A stretch of 64,000 nt of DNA, from positions 1-64,000 of IMG/VR virus record IMGVR_UViG_3300009181_006602. One strand, 5' to 3'. Origin of the DNA: a virus. The position numbers were made by a program, and so were the translations under genes. Below the pieces are notes generated by a model that searched no databases, was not told the DNA's origin, and saw only the letters and a list, made by a program, of their open reading frames with translations. Shown here piece after piece: positions 9,194-18,687 of this stretch. The stretch's first letter is position 1; every line of letters starts with the position of its first letter.

Positions 9194-10056
9194 TCTTCTC
9201 CTTCATCAGTTGTTAACTCGTGACACAGCGTAGAATATAACATAAATCTAGACACAATAAAGTCATCGACATTTTCGAGTGACTCAGCAATTACCTTCGT
9301 CCTAACATCTCTTAGCTTATTTACAAGAAGCGTATCTTCTTTTTTCTGTTCGACATATTGATCTATAGATTCGAGTAAATCAATTCTAGTTTCTTTTAGT
9401 CTTTTCTTAATGTTCGATTGACTTTCATCAGTCGAAGAGAAAGCATATGCTTTAATAATTTCTCGTTGCTCATTATTAAGAGTAACAGAGTATTTTTCAT
9501 TCATTTTTTTCATCATCATCTTCATGACAAGACGAGTTGTGCCAGGAGTTTCATCAATAAGGACGTGATCTTCTTTTTTCTTTTCAACAAGTAACCATTC
9601 TCTTAATTGATTTTCGTAATTCGCTAAGGAAGTAATGTCAGCCGCCCCCGCGGGTTTTCTCCACTCATTTAAAAGAGTTTGAATCGTAGCATAAAGTCGA
9701 TACTCCGCAATCGGTTGATCATAAAAATGATCGTCCTTTAACATGTGATTTATATTACGAATTAATAATGATTTTTCGCGGGACAATTCATCTACGTCGG
9801 TACTGTTGGCCGCAGCACGTGCCTCAGATAAAATTGATGTAACAATCGAGTCTGAACTAATCGTGGTTTTTACAAGGGCATTAAAAAGTCTAAACTCTTT
9901 GTAAAGATGAGTACCTGGTTTATAGTGCTTACGAAGAATTCGTAAAGCAGTTGACGACCTTTTCTTATCACCTTCAACTAAGGCGCTAGAAATTGTTCTC
10001 ACCAAAAACTCGTATAATAGAGCAGTGTTACGTTTTTTATTGTGCGCTTTTGACAT
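9190..10056 (-). CDS. Hypothetical helical protein between portal and protease (putative core protein)
   Basis: Long ORF coupled to the protease gene by ATGA overlap; starts MSKAHNKKRNTALLYEFLVR. Confidence 0.75.
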   Translation of the reverse strand: MSKAHNKKRNTALLYEFLVRTISSALVEGDKKRSSTALRILRKHYKPGTHLYKEFRLFNALVKTTISSDSIVTSILSEARAAANSTDVDELSREKSLLIRNINHMLKDDHFYDQPIAEYRLYATIQTLLNEWRKPAGAADITSLANYENQLREWLLVEKKKEDHVLIDETPGTTRLVMKMMMKKMNEKYSVTLNNEQREIIKAYAFSSTDESQSNIKKRLKETRIDLLESIDQYVEQKKEDTLLVNKLRDVRTKVIAESLENVDDFIVSRFMLYSTLCHELTTDEGED

Positions 10057-10067
10057 ACGTTGACCCT

Positions 10068-13000
10068 TCAATCTTCGTCTATAATAAATAAGTCGTTTTC
10101 ATTAGTCTGAGGCGAAAGTTTTTCATTTTCTGATAGAATACTTGAATTTTTGTGTTGTGTCATTTGCAGCGTCTTTGACATGTTTTGAAGAGTAGATTGT
10201 AACGTCATCGGTAGATTAGGTCTAACATAAGTATCATTACGCGATCTCGATTCATTTTTAAACGGGTTATTAACTGCGCTCTTAACATAATCCATGCCAA
10301 ATACATCTTTCATTCCCATACCATCGCCATCAAAGTCTGTCATTTTTTTAAAATCCGGCATATGATTTTGGTGCGTCTTTCTTCGACTACGATCATACAA
10401 TGCTTTCTTTAATTGCGATTTTGCCTTTACTGGCAATTTATCTTTTTCGAAAAGTGGCGGCATTAAGTCAAAGTCAAAATCGTCTTCACCAGACATTAAA
10501 AGTTCCGTTTCAGGTTCCTTCTTTTCTACATCATCGCCGGCGAAAAGATCTTCGGCGCCCTCTTCTCCACCAGCCTCATCGCCACCAGCTTCTTCTTCTC
10601 CACCAGCCTCATCGCCACCAGCTTCTTCTTCTCCACCAGCCTCATCTCCACCAGCTTCTTCTTCTCCGCCAGCTTCTTCTGGTTCCTCTTCGATTTTAGC
10701 TTCTTCAATAGCTTGATCAACTAATTTTTCTTCATATCGTTGTTCGTCAATTTCTTCTATTTGCTCGTCGGTTAAACCCCAAATCATTTTACGAGCGAAT
10801 CGTTTACTACCCATTCCTTCTGGGATAGTACCTGCAATCTCAAACTTAGATCGCCAAATTTCTAACTTTTGTTGTTGCGCTACCGTAGATGGATTTGAAA
10901 GATGAAGATTGAAGTTTTGTAATTCCTCAGAATCAAAGCCGTGAGCATATAAATGAATTATCGCAAGCTTATTTAATTCAGACAAAAGAACTTTTTGAAT
11001 TACGTTAATTGTACGAGAAAATCTTATGTCTTCTTGTGCAAGTGTAGCTTTAGAAGAAAGCATTTCATCATATCCAAGATATGCTCGCGGGATTTTTAGC
11101 GCTGCAAATAGCTTCTTTTGAATGTAGGCTACATCTTCGACCGCCGCGGCATTTTGACCACCTGCCAGCGTATCGATTCTTGTTCCTGATTCGCCGCCAC
11201 GGACAGGAATAAAATAATCATCTTCGATAGAAAGCGGGGCATAACGAAGGTCTAAACGTCCTGTAGCTCTATCGACGACTTGATTAGTACGAAGATTTTT
11301 ACGTTGTTCTTCGACATACATAGGTACATTTTCAGGAGGAATATTTGCGACGTCGATATAAAAAACTCGGCGTTCCGGCGCTCTAACAACGCGATAAACC
11401 AACATCGCATCTTCAATGAGAATTAATTGACGCCAAATACGGCGGCCTGCTTCAATAACTGATGAACCATAAGGAAGAAACATATCATTGCCAAGAAGAC
11501 GAAAATGAGTAACCTCCCAATTTTCCAATACTCTATTTCCTAAAGTGACCCAACGATAGCGAACAGCAAAAGGATCATTCGGATCGTAGTTTTCTTCACG
11601 TTCAATCTCATTTACGGGTATTGGAAATGCGTTAATAACGCCATATTGCGGCGAAACGTCATTATAAAGAAAAAAGTCGCCGTATTTAACAAGATTGCGA
11701 GCCCAGCAACGAAGATTAAACTCTACGTTAAGAGTATTATAGAAGAGATCCTCTAAAATGCTTTTAATTTTTTCATTATCGGAATAGATGTGAAGAACCC
11801 GACCCTTATCATCCTGCGCAACAGTTTCATCTGCGTAGATATCCATTGCAGCCGCAATTTCGGGTGTATTGTGAGAAATGACGGTATCTGTCGCAAAGTT
11901 TTTGTACCCATCTACGGTCAAGTCGTAGAGAGGAATCACTCCGTGGTATTCGACAGAGACAACCTTGAGGTTGTCATAGGTTTGAGAAAACTCTGTATAG
12001 TTCTTGTATCCTCGCTTCTTTAAACGATTATCAAGCACGGTAGCTGTAGTGTCTAAAGAAACTGCAAGCTGCTTCTTCGACATGCCTCTAGAAAAAGTAG
12101 AACATATTCTATCGAAGGTAACTGAATGGTTATATCGAGGATTATTCTTGTCCTGGTTGTCCCATCCTGCATTGTGCCAATCTGGGTTGTACGCCTTTGC
12201 GAATGTTTGGAAGTCTTGATATCCATGCTTTCGTAGTTTACGTTTGATCACATTCGAATCGGTATCAAGAACTTCGCACATTTTTCGAGAATTGAAGTTT
12301 GTTCTTTCAGCAATTTCTAGAATTCGACCGAAAGTGATGTCCTTCCGTTCGGCAGGATTGTTCTCAGACATAAACTTAGAATGATTGGTCTTGAACCTCT
12401 CGATCCATTCTGCATTTTGATCAGACCACTTTGCCCCGTTGATGATCTTCGTGTGAAGGCTTCTGTGATCGTGGTCCTTCATAATGCGTAAGTTTTCTGG
12501 TTTGTTATCATGCTTCGTAAAATTAACGTGATGCACAACCTCATCGACGGCGAGCTCGGAGCCTTTCATCATCTCACCGATGATCCTGTGTTCAGCGACC
12601 CAACCGTTCATATTTGAGCGTCGGTCCATCGTGTATATCCAGCGATAGCCCTCTCCCTCTTCTTTGCAGCCGTTGAATAAGTCTCTACGGTAGAAAGGCA
12701 TCATTGCGTCGCCGGACTTTAGGTCTTCTATCTTGCAGAAAGTACCATCGCGCTTCATGAGGCGGTGATTTGGTGTTCCAGTGATCTGTTGTCCATTATC
12801 AAAAGTAACCGTGTAAGCATGGTCGACTCGAGTCTGTCGAGCTTGCTTTCCCATCGCTGGAACGATCCTACCTAGATTGTGATCGTATGCATAGATTACG
12901 AATGTTCTGTTCGAATCCACCTTGCACTCCAAAGAAAGCTCTTCAATAGTCTTGTATCCACCTGGCACCGCGATCTTTGTGTCCTTATGCAGGCAATATT

Positions 13001-13238
13001 CCATTTCTTGAAAATCTTGATATCTCATCAAACGTTCTGAAAGGTTATACGCGCTGGATGTAATCGTTGCGTATGTTGGAGCTAGCGATTTTTGAAAAAG
13101 TAAAGCACCAGACGATTTCGTCTTATCGACTACCGCAATTGTAGTATCAAGATTTCTTATCTTTCTCTTAACAACAGGACCACTCTTAAAGAGTTTAGAA
13201 AGACGTTGAAATAATGTTTGATCTTTTTCTTTTACCAT
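10068..13238 (-). CDS. gp20: Portal protein, T4 gp20-like, containing an intein
   Basis: RY.DFQEME/TPEIAAAMDIYADE, LVKYGDFF, QLILIEDAMLVYRVVRAPERRVFYIDVANIP, EDDYFIPVRGG...TRIDTLAGG, KLFAALKIP. Acidic repeat C-terminal tail. Confidence 0.96.
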   Translation of the reverse strand: MVKEKDQTLFQRLSKLFKSGPVVKRKIRNLDTTIAVVDKTKSSGALLFQKSLAPTYATITSSAYNLSERLMRYQDFQEMEYCLHKDTKIAVPGGYKTIEELSLECKVDSNRTFVIYAYDHNLGRIVPAMGKQARQTRVDHAYTVTFDNGQQITGTPNHRLMKRDGTFCKIEDLKSGDAMMPFYRRDLFNGCKEEGEGYRWIYTMDRRSNMNGWVAEHRIIGEMMKGSELAVDEVVHHVNFTKHDNKPENLRIMKDHDHRSLHTKIINGAKWSDQNAEWIERFKTNHSKFMSENNPAERKDITFGRILEIAERTNFNSRKMCEVLDTDSNVIKRKLRKHGYQDFQTFAKAYNPDWHNAGWDNQDKNNPRYNHSVTFDRICSTFSRGMSKKQLAVSLDTTATVLDNRLKKRGYKNYTEFSQTYDNLKVVSVEYHGVIPLYDLTVDGYKNFATDTVISHNTPEIAAAMDIYADETVAQDDKGRVLHIYSDNEKIKSILEDLFYNTLNVEFNLRCWARNLVKYGDFFLYNDVSPQYGVINAFPIPVNEIEREENYDPNDPFAVRYRWVTLGNRVLENWEVTHFRLLGNDMFLPYGSSVIEAGRRIWRQLILIEDAMLVYRVVRAPERRVFYIDVANIPPENVPMYVEEQRKNLRTNQVVDRATGRLDLRYAPLSIEDDYFIPVRGGESGTRIDTLAGGQNAAAVEDVAYIQKKLFAALKIPRAYLGYDEMLSSKATLAQEDIRFSRTINVIQKVLLSELNKLAIIHLYAHGFDSEELQNFNLHLSNPSTVAQQQKLEIWRSKFEIAGTIPEGMGSKRFARKMIWGLTDEQIEEIDEQRYEEKLVDQAIEEAKIEEEPEEAGGEEEAGGDEAGGEEEAGGDEAGGEEEAGGDEAGGEEGAEDLFAGDDVEKKEPETELLMSGEDDFDFDLMPPLFEKDKLPVKAKSQLKKALYDRSRRKTHQNHMPDFKKMTDFDGDGMGMKDVFGMDYVKSAVNNPFKNESRSRNDTYVRPNLPMTLQSTLQNMSKTLQMTQHKNSSILSENEKLSPQTNENDLFIIDED
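10560..10680. repeat. 33-bp tandem repeats encoding EEEAGGDEAGG in the portal tail
   Basis: TTCTCCACCAGCCTCATC(G/T)CCACCAGCTTCTTC occurs about three times in tandem. Confidence 0.85.
11868..12995 (-). mobile_element. Intein (376 aa) with HNH homing endonuclease, inside the portal gene
   Basis: N-junction EY|CLHKDT, block B ITGTPNHRLM, HNH VVHHVNFTKHDNKPENL, block F/G LYDLTVDGYKNFA...ISHN|T with Thr+1. Removing it restores FQEMEY-TPEIAAA. Confidence 0.95.
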
Positions 13239-13248
13239 TGTTAGTTGT

Positions 13249-13271
13249 GTCGTTCCAATCGTGGAAACGAC
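13249..13271 (-). promoter_or_regulatory. Hairpin 10 nt upstream of the portal start codon
   Basis: GTCGTTCCA-ATCG-TGGAAACGAC, a 9-bp stem with one bulge. Function unknown. Confidence 0.35.
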
Positions 13272-13340
13272 TCTTTCGTAATTAGAACTAGATAATAACT
13301 TTTAAAAAGCCATAGTATACTTCTTTGTTTCTTTCTCGCG

Positions 13341-13694
13341 TCAGATGTTAGGTTTTATAGACACTTTTTTAGCAGACGGTGATTGCGATGCGGCGGGACT
13401 AGACGGAACTACATCGGGTTGTTTAGGACCATCAACATGCGTCATAGGAGAAGCAACAACTCTTTTTAACATTTTTTCAGTTTCTAAAAGATGTTTTTCT
13501 AGTGTTATGTTGGCCGCATCTGCGCTCGATAGAGCTTTCGAAGATGCTGACGACTTAAATAGCTCAATTGCTTTAAGAAGTTTACTAGCATTTTGTGCCA
13601 TTGCCGCGGCTTGATCTTCTTTTTCACCTTCTTTTAAAAGTGAAACTTCTTCTGCAATAATTTTTTTCAAGCGGGAAATTGTAAGCTTGTGCAT
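13341..13694 (-). CDS. Putative internal head protein
   Basis: SD GAGG before ATG 13694. N-terminus MHKLTISRLKKIIAEEVSLLKE (shared leader plus L-K-E site). Confidence 0.7.
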   Translation of the reverse strand: MHKLTISRLKKIIAEEVSLLKEGEKEDQAAAMAQNASKLLKAIELFKSSASSKALSSADAANITLEKHLLETEKMLKRVVASPMTHVDGPKQPDVVPSSPAASQSPSAKKVSIKPNI

Positions 13695-13741
13695 ATTAAT
13701 CCTCAATGTCAATTAATAGATATTAGTTCAAAAATTTTTAA

Positions 13742-15355
13742 TTAGCGATAAAGCCAAGAAAAATCAGAAACGTCAACATGACGAACCATAGAAGGGTCTT
13801 TTGGTTTTAATGGATCACGAAAAGTTGAATTTAAGCCTCTAATGCTCGGATTAACTAATGGTTGCGCAGAATTTATATTACCTGGCATATTGGTATTGCG
13901 TTCTACTTTCGTAGCCTTTAACATAGCCATTGATAACGCCGTTGCGTGTTCATTAACGTTTGAATCTCCGGCTACCAGCCACGTCGCAATAGCTAAACTT
14001 ATTATTAAGTCATCATGAGCATCTTTAGATGCCATTGCCTTAGACCCATTCCAAATAAATGCTTGAAGTTGATCGTAAAGTCTTTGAGAATAAACCTTAA
14101 GAATAGAATTGCGCGCAAGTTCTTCTAGTTTCGCCAATATTTGAGATCTTGTTTTTGTTTGTGTAGAAAAACCAGGAACTGCATTAGGATCCGTTGGTTT
14201 AAAATTGAATAGGTCACCTGATGAACCTTGATAATACAAATGAGGATAACCGTCATCTCGAAGTTTAACACATGTAAAATAACCAAACGTATTTTGTTCG
14301 GGACAAATTAATGCTTCATTATACATTTTGCCATATTCAAACAACAAGTCTGCTAATTTGTCAGGAGGAATTTTACCCATGTACTCAGCAACGACCTCGC
14401 AAGACGAGTCATCGACTATGTGAAATGTTGAAAAGTCTTTGGCATCGCCTCTTGAGATATCAGCTGCTAGAACATATTTCTTACCAGGCTCTGGTTTTCG
14501 CCAAATCCATACAGCAGATTGTGGGCCTGTTTTTTCTATAGGCGGGCGGATGGCTTCTCTAATAGACTCGAGTTCGCTCGGTTGTAAAAATGTATCTCCT
14601 GAGGATATAAAGTCGCACAAAAACTCCTGAGCGACTTTTCTCCTTGGAAGGTTTTTTGTTTCTCTAGCGAACCATTCTTCATCATGTTCAGGATGAACCC
14701 ACCACGACAATTTTATAGTATTAAACTCATTTTGTTTTGTTTCTGCGTCCATCCAAAGTCGATAATACTGACCGCCAACGCCATTTGGTGTAGAGATAAT
14801 AATGGCATTACCGCCCGTGGATAGAGTAGGATAAAGTCCTGTCCAAATATCTTCAAAGTCTCTAATGAAAGCTGCCTCGTCGACGATAAGGAGCGAAAGC
14901 GCTTCGGAGCGTCCGGCATCAGGAGATGTTGGAATAGCGGTGATTTGTGAACCATTATCGAATCTAATTGATTGTTTAGTTGGTTCAAATTTTGTAAGTA
15001 ATAACCACTTAGGCAAACAATCTAACATGATTCTAACTTTTTTAATAAAATTCATCGCAGTCGATAATTTCGTAGCGATGACGAGAACATTTTTATCTTT
15101 TTTAAAGATAGAAAACCACACAGCATATGCAGCAGTGATTGTAGACAAACCTAGCTGGCGGGATTTAAGCGCTATGTTAAAACGATTATTCTGAAATTGT
15201 TTAATACAATCTTCCTGAAAATCGTACGTCGCAAAAGGTATAAGCCCTCGCACCGTATGTTGAATTTTTACATAGCGATTCATAAAGTAAACCGGATCCT
15301 TACCACATCGTAAGATCTCGTTTACTTGGTCACTTCTAGTTAGCGTTTGTTGCAT
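13742..15355 (-). CDS. gp17: Terminase large subunit, T4 gp17-like
   Basis: YDFQ Q-motif, Walker A KSRQLGLST, Walker B LLIVDEAAF, ISTPNG, QEFLCDF, nuclease ADISRG..KDFS and HDDL. Confidence 0.97.
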   Translation of the reverse strand: MQQTLTRSDQVNEILRCGKDPVYFMNRYVKIQHTVRGLIPFATYDFQEDCIKQFQNNRFNIALKSRQLGLSTITAAYAVWFSIFKKDKNVLVIATKLSTAMNFIKKVRIMLDCLPKWLLLTKFEPTKQSIRFDNGSQITAIPTSPDAGRSEALSLLIVDEAAFIRDFEDIWTGLYPTLSTGGNAIIISTPNGVGGQYYRLWMDAETKQNEFNTIKLSWWVHPEHDEEWFARETKNLPRRKVAQEFLCDFISSGDTFLQPSELESIREAIRPPIEKTGPQSAVWIWRKPEPGKKYVLAADISRGDAKDFSTFHIVDDSSCEVVAEYMGKIPPDKLADLLFEYGKMYNEALICPEQNTFGYFTCVKLRDDGYPHLYYQGSSGDLFNFKPTDPNAVPGFSTQTKTRSQILAKLEELARNSILKVYSQRLYDQLQAFIWNGSKAMASKDAHDDLIISLAIATWLVAGDSNVNEHATALSMAMLKATKVERNTNMPGNINSAQPLVNPSIRGLNSTFRDPLKPKDPSMVRHVDVSDFSWLYR

Positions 15356-15732
15356 TAGACTAATTCAAACGTTGTTTTCCTACGGAAATATGCTGTTCTT
15401 TTTGGATTATGTACATTAAACCCGATGATTTCAACAGACGTATTTGTAGAACGCTCCTTTATAGGGAGCGTCTCGCCTGTTATGTTTTTATAGACTGTCT
15501 TAACGTTTTTCACAACAGCGTTAACGATATCGATGGATTCCTTTTCATATGTCATATTCATTATGCTCATATCTTTTTCTGAAACGAAATTAACGATAGC
15601 TTGATATGAAGCTAATAAAACGTCACCTGCTAGTGTGAATTTAACTGAATAAGACGATGTCTTAGACGTTGACGACCTTCCCCACGTCGTATCTATAGCT
15701 TGTCCAAGTGCATTATAATCGATTTTAGGCAT
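15355..15732 (-). CDS. Hypothetical protein translationally coupled to the terminase
   Basis: SD GGAG; stop overlaps the terminase ATG (TAATG). Confidence 0.75.
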   Translation of the reverse strand: MPKIDYNALGQAIDTTWGRSSTSKTSSYSVKFTLAGDVLLASYQAIVNFVSEKDMSIMNMTYEKESIDIVNAVVKNVKTVYKNITGETLPIKERSTNTSVEIIGFNVHNPKRTAYFRRKTTFELV

Positions 15733-15760
15733 AGTATCTCCACCCTTAAATATACAACAT

Positions 15761-16078
15761 TCACTCTAAGACAATATTTGAATCGACAAAACTTCTTCTT
15801 GCTATCACATTTTTTACAATATCTGTTGCAGGTCGCCAACCCATTTCCCATTTTTCCTTATTTGAATAAGCCCAAGTGTCTGCACAAGGCGAGCAACAAC
15901 CAAACTTTTTATAAGTAAACTCGTCTTCTTTGTGACCAAAACGAATGTCACAAACATCACAAAATAATGGCATATTTCTTCTTTCATTTTCATCATAAGA
16001 AGAAGGAACTATCACTACATAATTTTCTCTATAACAAATTTTTCTATCACGAGGATAAGGTTGCCATGTGTGTTTCAT
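15761..16078 (-). CDS. Hypothetical Cys-rich (putative zinc-binding) protein
   Basis: CDVC...CCSPC; ATGA overlap with the sbcC stop. Confidence 0.7.
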   Translation of the reverse strand: MKHTWQPYPRDRKICYRENYVVIVPSSYDENERRNMPLFCDVCDIRFGHKEDEFTYKKFGCCSPCADTWAYSNKEKWEMGWRPATDIVKNVIARRSFVDSNIVLE

Positions 16079-18663
16079 AGATCTACCCCAAAAACAATTT
16101 TTGAATCTTTTTCGCTTTTCGTAATTTCTAAAATATGATCAACAACATCCTTGACACCATCTATATGAGTGATTATTAAAATTGTCTTAAAATATTTCTT
16201 AAAAGAAACCAATAATCTATTACATGCTTCAATAGCAGCATCGTCTAGTGTGCCAAATCCTTCGTCGATCACGAAGATATTGGGCTTAGACAAAGAAGAG
16301 ATGTTAATCATCGCAACTCGAAGAGCCAATGATGCAATTGTCTTTTCCATGCCTGAACATAACTCTATGACTCGGCGGCTATCTCCATAGTTGATATAAA
16401 TCTCTGAAGAATCCGTATTCTCGTCATTCTCCAGCTCGATAGTAAAATCTACGATGCCATGAAGAATTTTGGCTATTTCAATGTTAATAACGGGTAGTTG
16501 CGACTTAGTGATGATTAGTGGCAAACCTTTTTTGGAAAATGCAGTAGTAACCAATTCGCGGACCTTCATTTTCTCTAATAGATTATCTCTTGCAACTTTT
16601 TCTTCATTTATTTTTTCAAGATTAGCAAAGAGCTTTCCTTTACGCGTGGCGCTATCAAATTTATCAGTTGTAAGCGCATCTATAATGTTAGAAATATCTT
16701 CTATATTTGACTTAATAGAAACTGCATCTGCATTATCGTTATTTTTTAAAGCCTTCTCAAACGTCGTTAGCTTTTCTCTTGACGCTTTTAACTCTACTTC
16801 TTGAGAATGATAAATAGCTTTAAACTTTTCAAGTTCAATTTCTTTCTTCGAGATATCTAAAAGCAATTTAGTTTCTAAAGACAATAACTTCTCTATTTTT
16901 TCCAAACGATTGACTAAATTTTCTTTTCCAAGCTTTTCAAAAGACTTTTTTACTTTTTCTAGTTTCTTTTGTGATTGTTCTACTTCGCGTTGTTGGTCAA
17001 CGAGCTTTGACTTATTGATGTGGGCGTCTTTGATAAATTTGCAGGTTGGATAATTATCTTCACAAGGTACCTCATCAAGAATTTTAAGAGATTTTTTTTG
17101 TTGTTCAAAAAGTGTATTTTCTTTCTCAAAAATAAACTTTAAAGATGTCAATGAAGTTTCAAGATCTTTAAGCGATGCTAGCTGAAGTCGTAATTGCGAT
17201 ATATCATTTTCTGACTTAATGGTTTCTATCGTTTTTAGTTTTTCGCTATTGTTATTTATTTCTGATTCTAAATTTGAGATGCTATCAAGGCAAGTTTTAC
17301 ATCGATTTTCAAGGACAACTAGTTGCTTAGCAAAAGACTCAACCTGGGATTTAGTAACTGGTATACCTTTGTGTTTAGATAGCTCAATCTGTAATTGAGA
17401 AAGAACTTGTTGTTTATCTTTTATTAGTTGGTGGCTGTCACTAATTTTTGTATCGACATCAACAATGTCATTTTCGTATTGTCTTATTAACGCGATCCAG
17501 TCTCTATCAGGATAATTTTTTAATTGTGACTTGTAGTTTGTAAGTTCTTTATTTGACAATTCATACATTTTGTCAAATATGTCAAGATCAAGAAATCTGG
17601 ACAATACTGCCCGGCGTTTCATAGAACCTTGTTCTATGAATTGATTCATTTCTCCTTGCGCCGCCAAAGACGTTGTCATAAAATCTTCTTGATTTCCAAT
17701 TAGCGTTCTAATAATCTTTTCCGTCTCTGCGCGTTGTTCACCTGCCAAATCTTCCGCTTCGCCATTTTCTTTGATCCTAAAAACATTTAAGGCAGTAGAT
17801 GCGCTTAATACGCCTTTTTTACTTTCGCTCTTAACAGTTTGACGCTCAATAACATAATCGGTGCCATCATGATTGATAATAGCCTTTGACGAACAATAAG
17901 GCTTGCGAATATTACAAACATGAATATTTTTTATTGAGCCTCGGTCAGTTGTATTAAACAAGGAATACATCAATGCGCCAACGATAGACGACTTACCGAC
18001 CCGATTAGGACCAAACACCCCGACAATACCATTTAGCTTATCGAAATTGATCATATTTCCTTCGCCATAGGCAAACATATTGTCAAACGATAAATATCTA
18101 AGTGACCATTTAGAATTATGCGGAAGCTCTTCAGTTAAAATCACAGTAGAAAGACAAGACTTCACTTGTTCAAAAACGATTTTCCATTGCTCAACGGTTA
18201 TTTGAGTTCCAGAATAATAGTCATTGATTAACTTAAAAAGAACATCGGCATTCCTTAGATCGGCTTTTTCTAGCGTTGTTGTATTAGTTTTTATTATTGA
18301 TTTATCAATAACAAAATCAGATTTAAACGTTACCTCAGTGGCTAATTTTGTATTCTTTAATGATTCGCTAATTAAGCTAAAATCTTTTTGTCCTAAGATA
18401 TCGAAAGATCTAATTCGAAATCTAGTACCATCAGGATGTTTCGAAGCAGACGAAATTAAGTCTTCGATTGAACCGCGCCACGGAATCGTTACATACGGTT
18501 TGGGATTAGGCAACTTTTTAAAAGTAACATCCCATGCTAGCGAACTACTAATATCCCACAACAAATAACCATGATCTAAATCCTCTGCGTAATTTTGTTG
18601 TATAGGAGTTCCGCAAAAGCCTATCCACGGCTTTTTTACCTTTATTTTTATTTTTTTTCCCAT
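16075..18663 (-). CDS. sbcC: SbcC/Rad50 (gp46-like) ATPase carrying the C-terminal part of SbcD at its N-terminus
   Basis: Walker A GPNRVGKSS, coiled coil, hook-like CEDNYPTC, signature CSGME, Walker B VIDEGFGTLD, H-loop ITH. The first ~180 aa contain the SbcD-type GTPIQQNYAE...HGYLLWD segment. Confidence 0.93.
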   Translation of the reverse strand: MGKKIKIKVKKPWIGFCGTPIQQNYAEDLDHGYLLWDISSSLAWDVTFKKLPNPKPYVTIPWRGSIEDLISSASKHPDGTRFRIRSFDILGQKDFSLISESLKNTKLATEVTFKSDFVIDKSIIKTNTTTLEKADLRNADVLFKLINDYYSGTQITVEQWKIVFEQVKSCLSTVILTEELPHNSKWSLRYLSFDNMFAYGEGNMINFDKLNGIVGVFGPNRVGKSSIVGALMYSLFNTTDRGSIKNIHVCNIRKPYCSSKAIINHDGTDYVIERQTVKSESKKGVLSASTALNVFRIKENGEAEDLAGEQRAETEKIIRTLIGNQEDFMTTSLAAQGEMNQFIEQGSMKRRAVLSRFLDLDIFDKMYELSNKELTNYKSQLKNYPDRDWIALIRQYENDIVDVDTKISDSHQLIKDKQQVLSQLQIELSKHKGIPVTKSQVESFAKQLVVLENRCKTCLDSISNLESEINNNSEKLKTIETIKSENDISQLRLQLASLKDLETSLTSLKFIFEKENTLFEQQKKSLKILDEVPCEDNYPTCKFIKDAHINKSKLVDQQREVEQSQKKLEKVKKSFEKLGKENLVNRLEKIEKLLSLETKLLLDISKKEIELEKFKAIYHSQEVELKASREKLTTFEKALKNNDNADAVSIKSNIEDISNIIDALTTDKFDSATRKGKLFANLEKINEEKVARDNLLEKMKVRELVTTAFSKKGLPLIITKSQLPVINIEIAKILHGIVDFTIELENDENTDSSEIYINYGDSRRVIELCSGMEKTIASLALRVAMINISSLSKPNIFVIDEGFGTLDDAAIEACNRLLVSFKKYFKTILIITHIDGVKDVVDHILEITKSEKDSKIVFGVDL

Positions 18664-18687
18664 AATACTTCTGTGAAGAATATTAAA

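Noticed and set aside
15355-15732. Terminase small subunit
   Set aside because: Position fits, but there is no recognisable HTH or coiled-coil TerS pattern; left as hypothetical.
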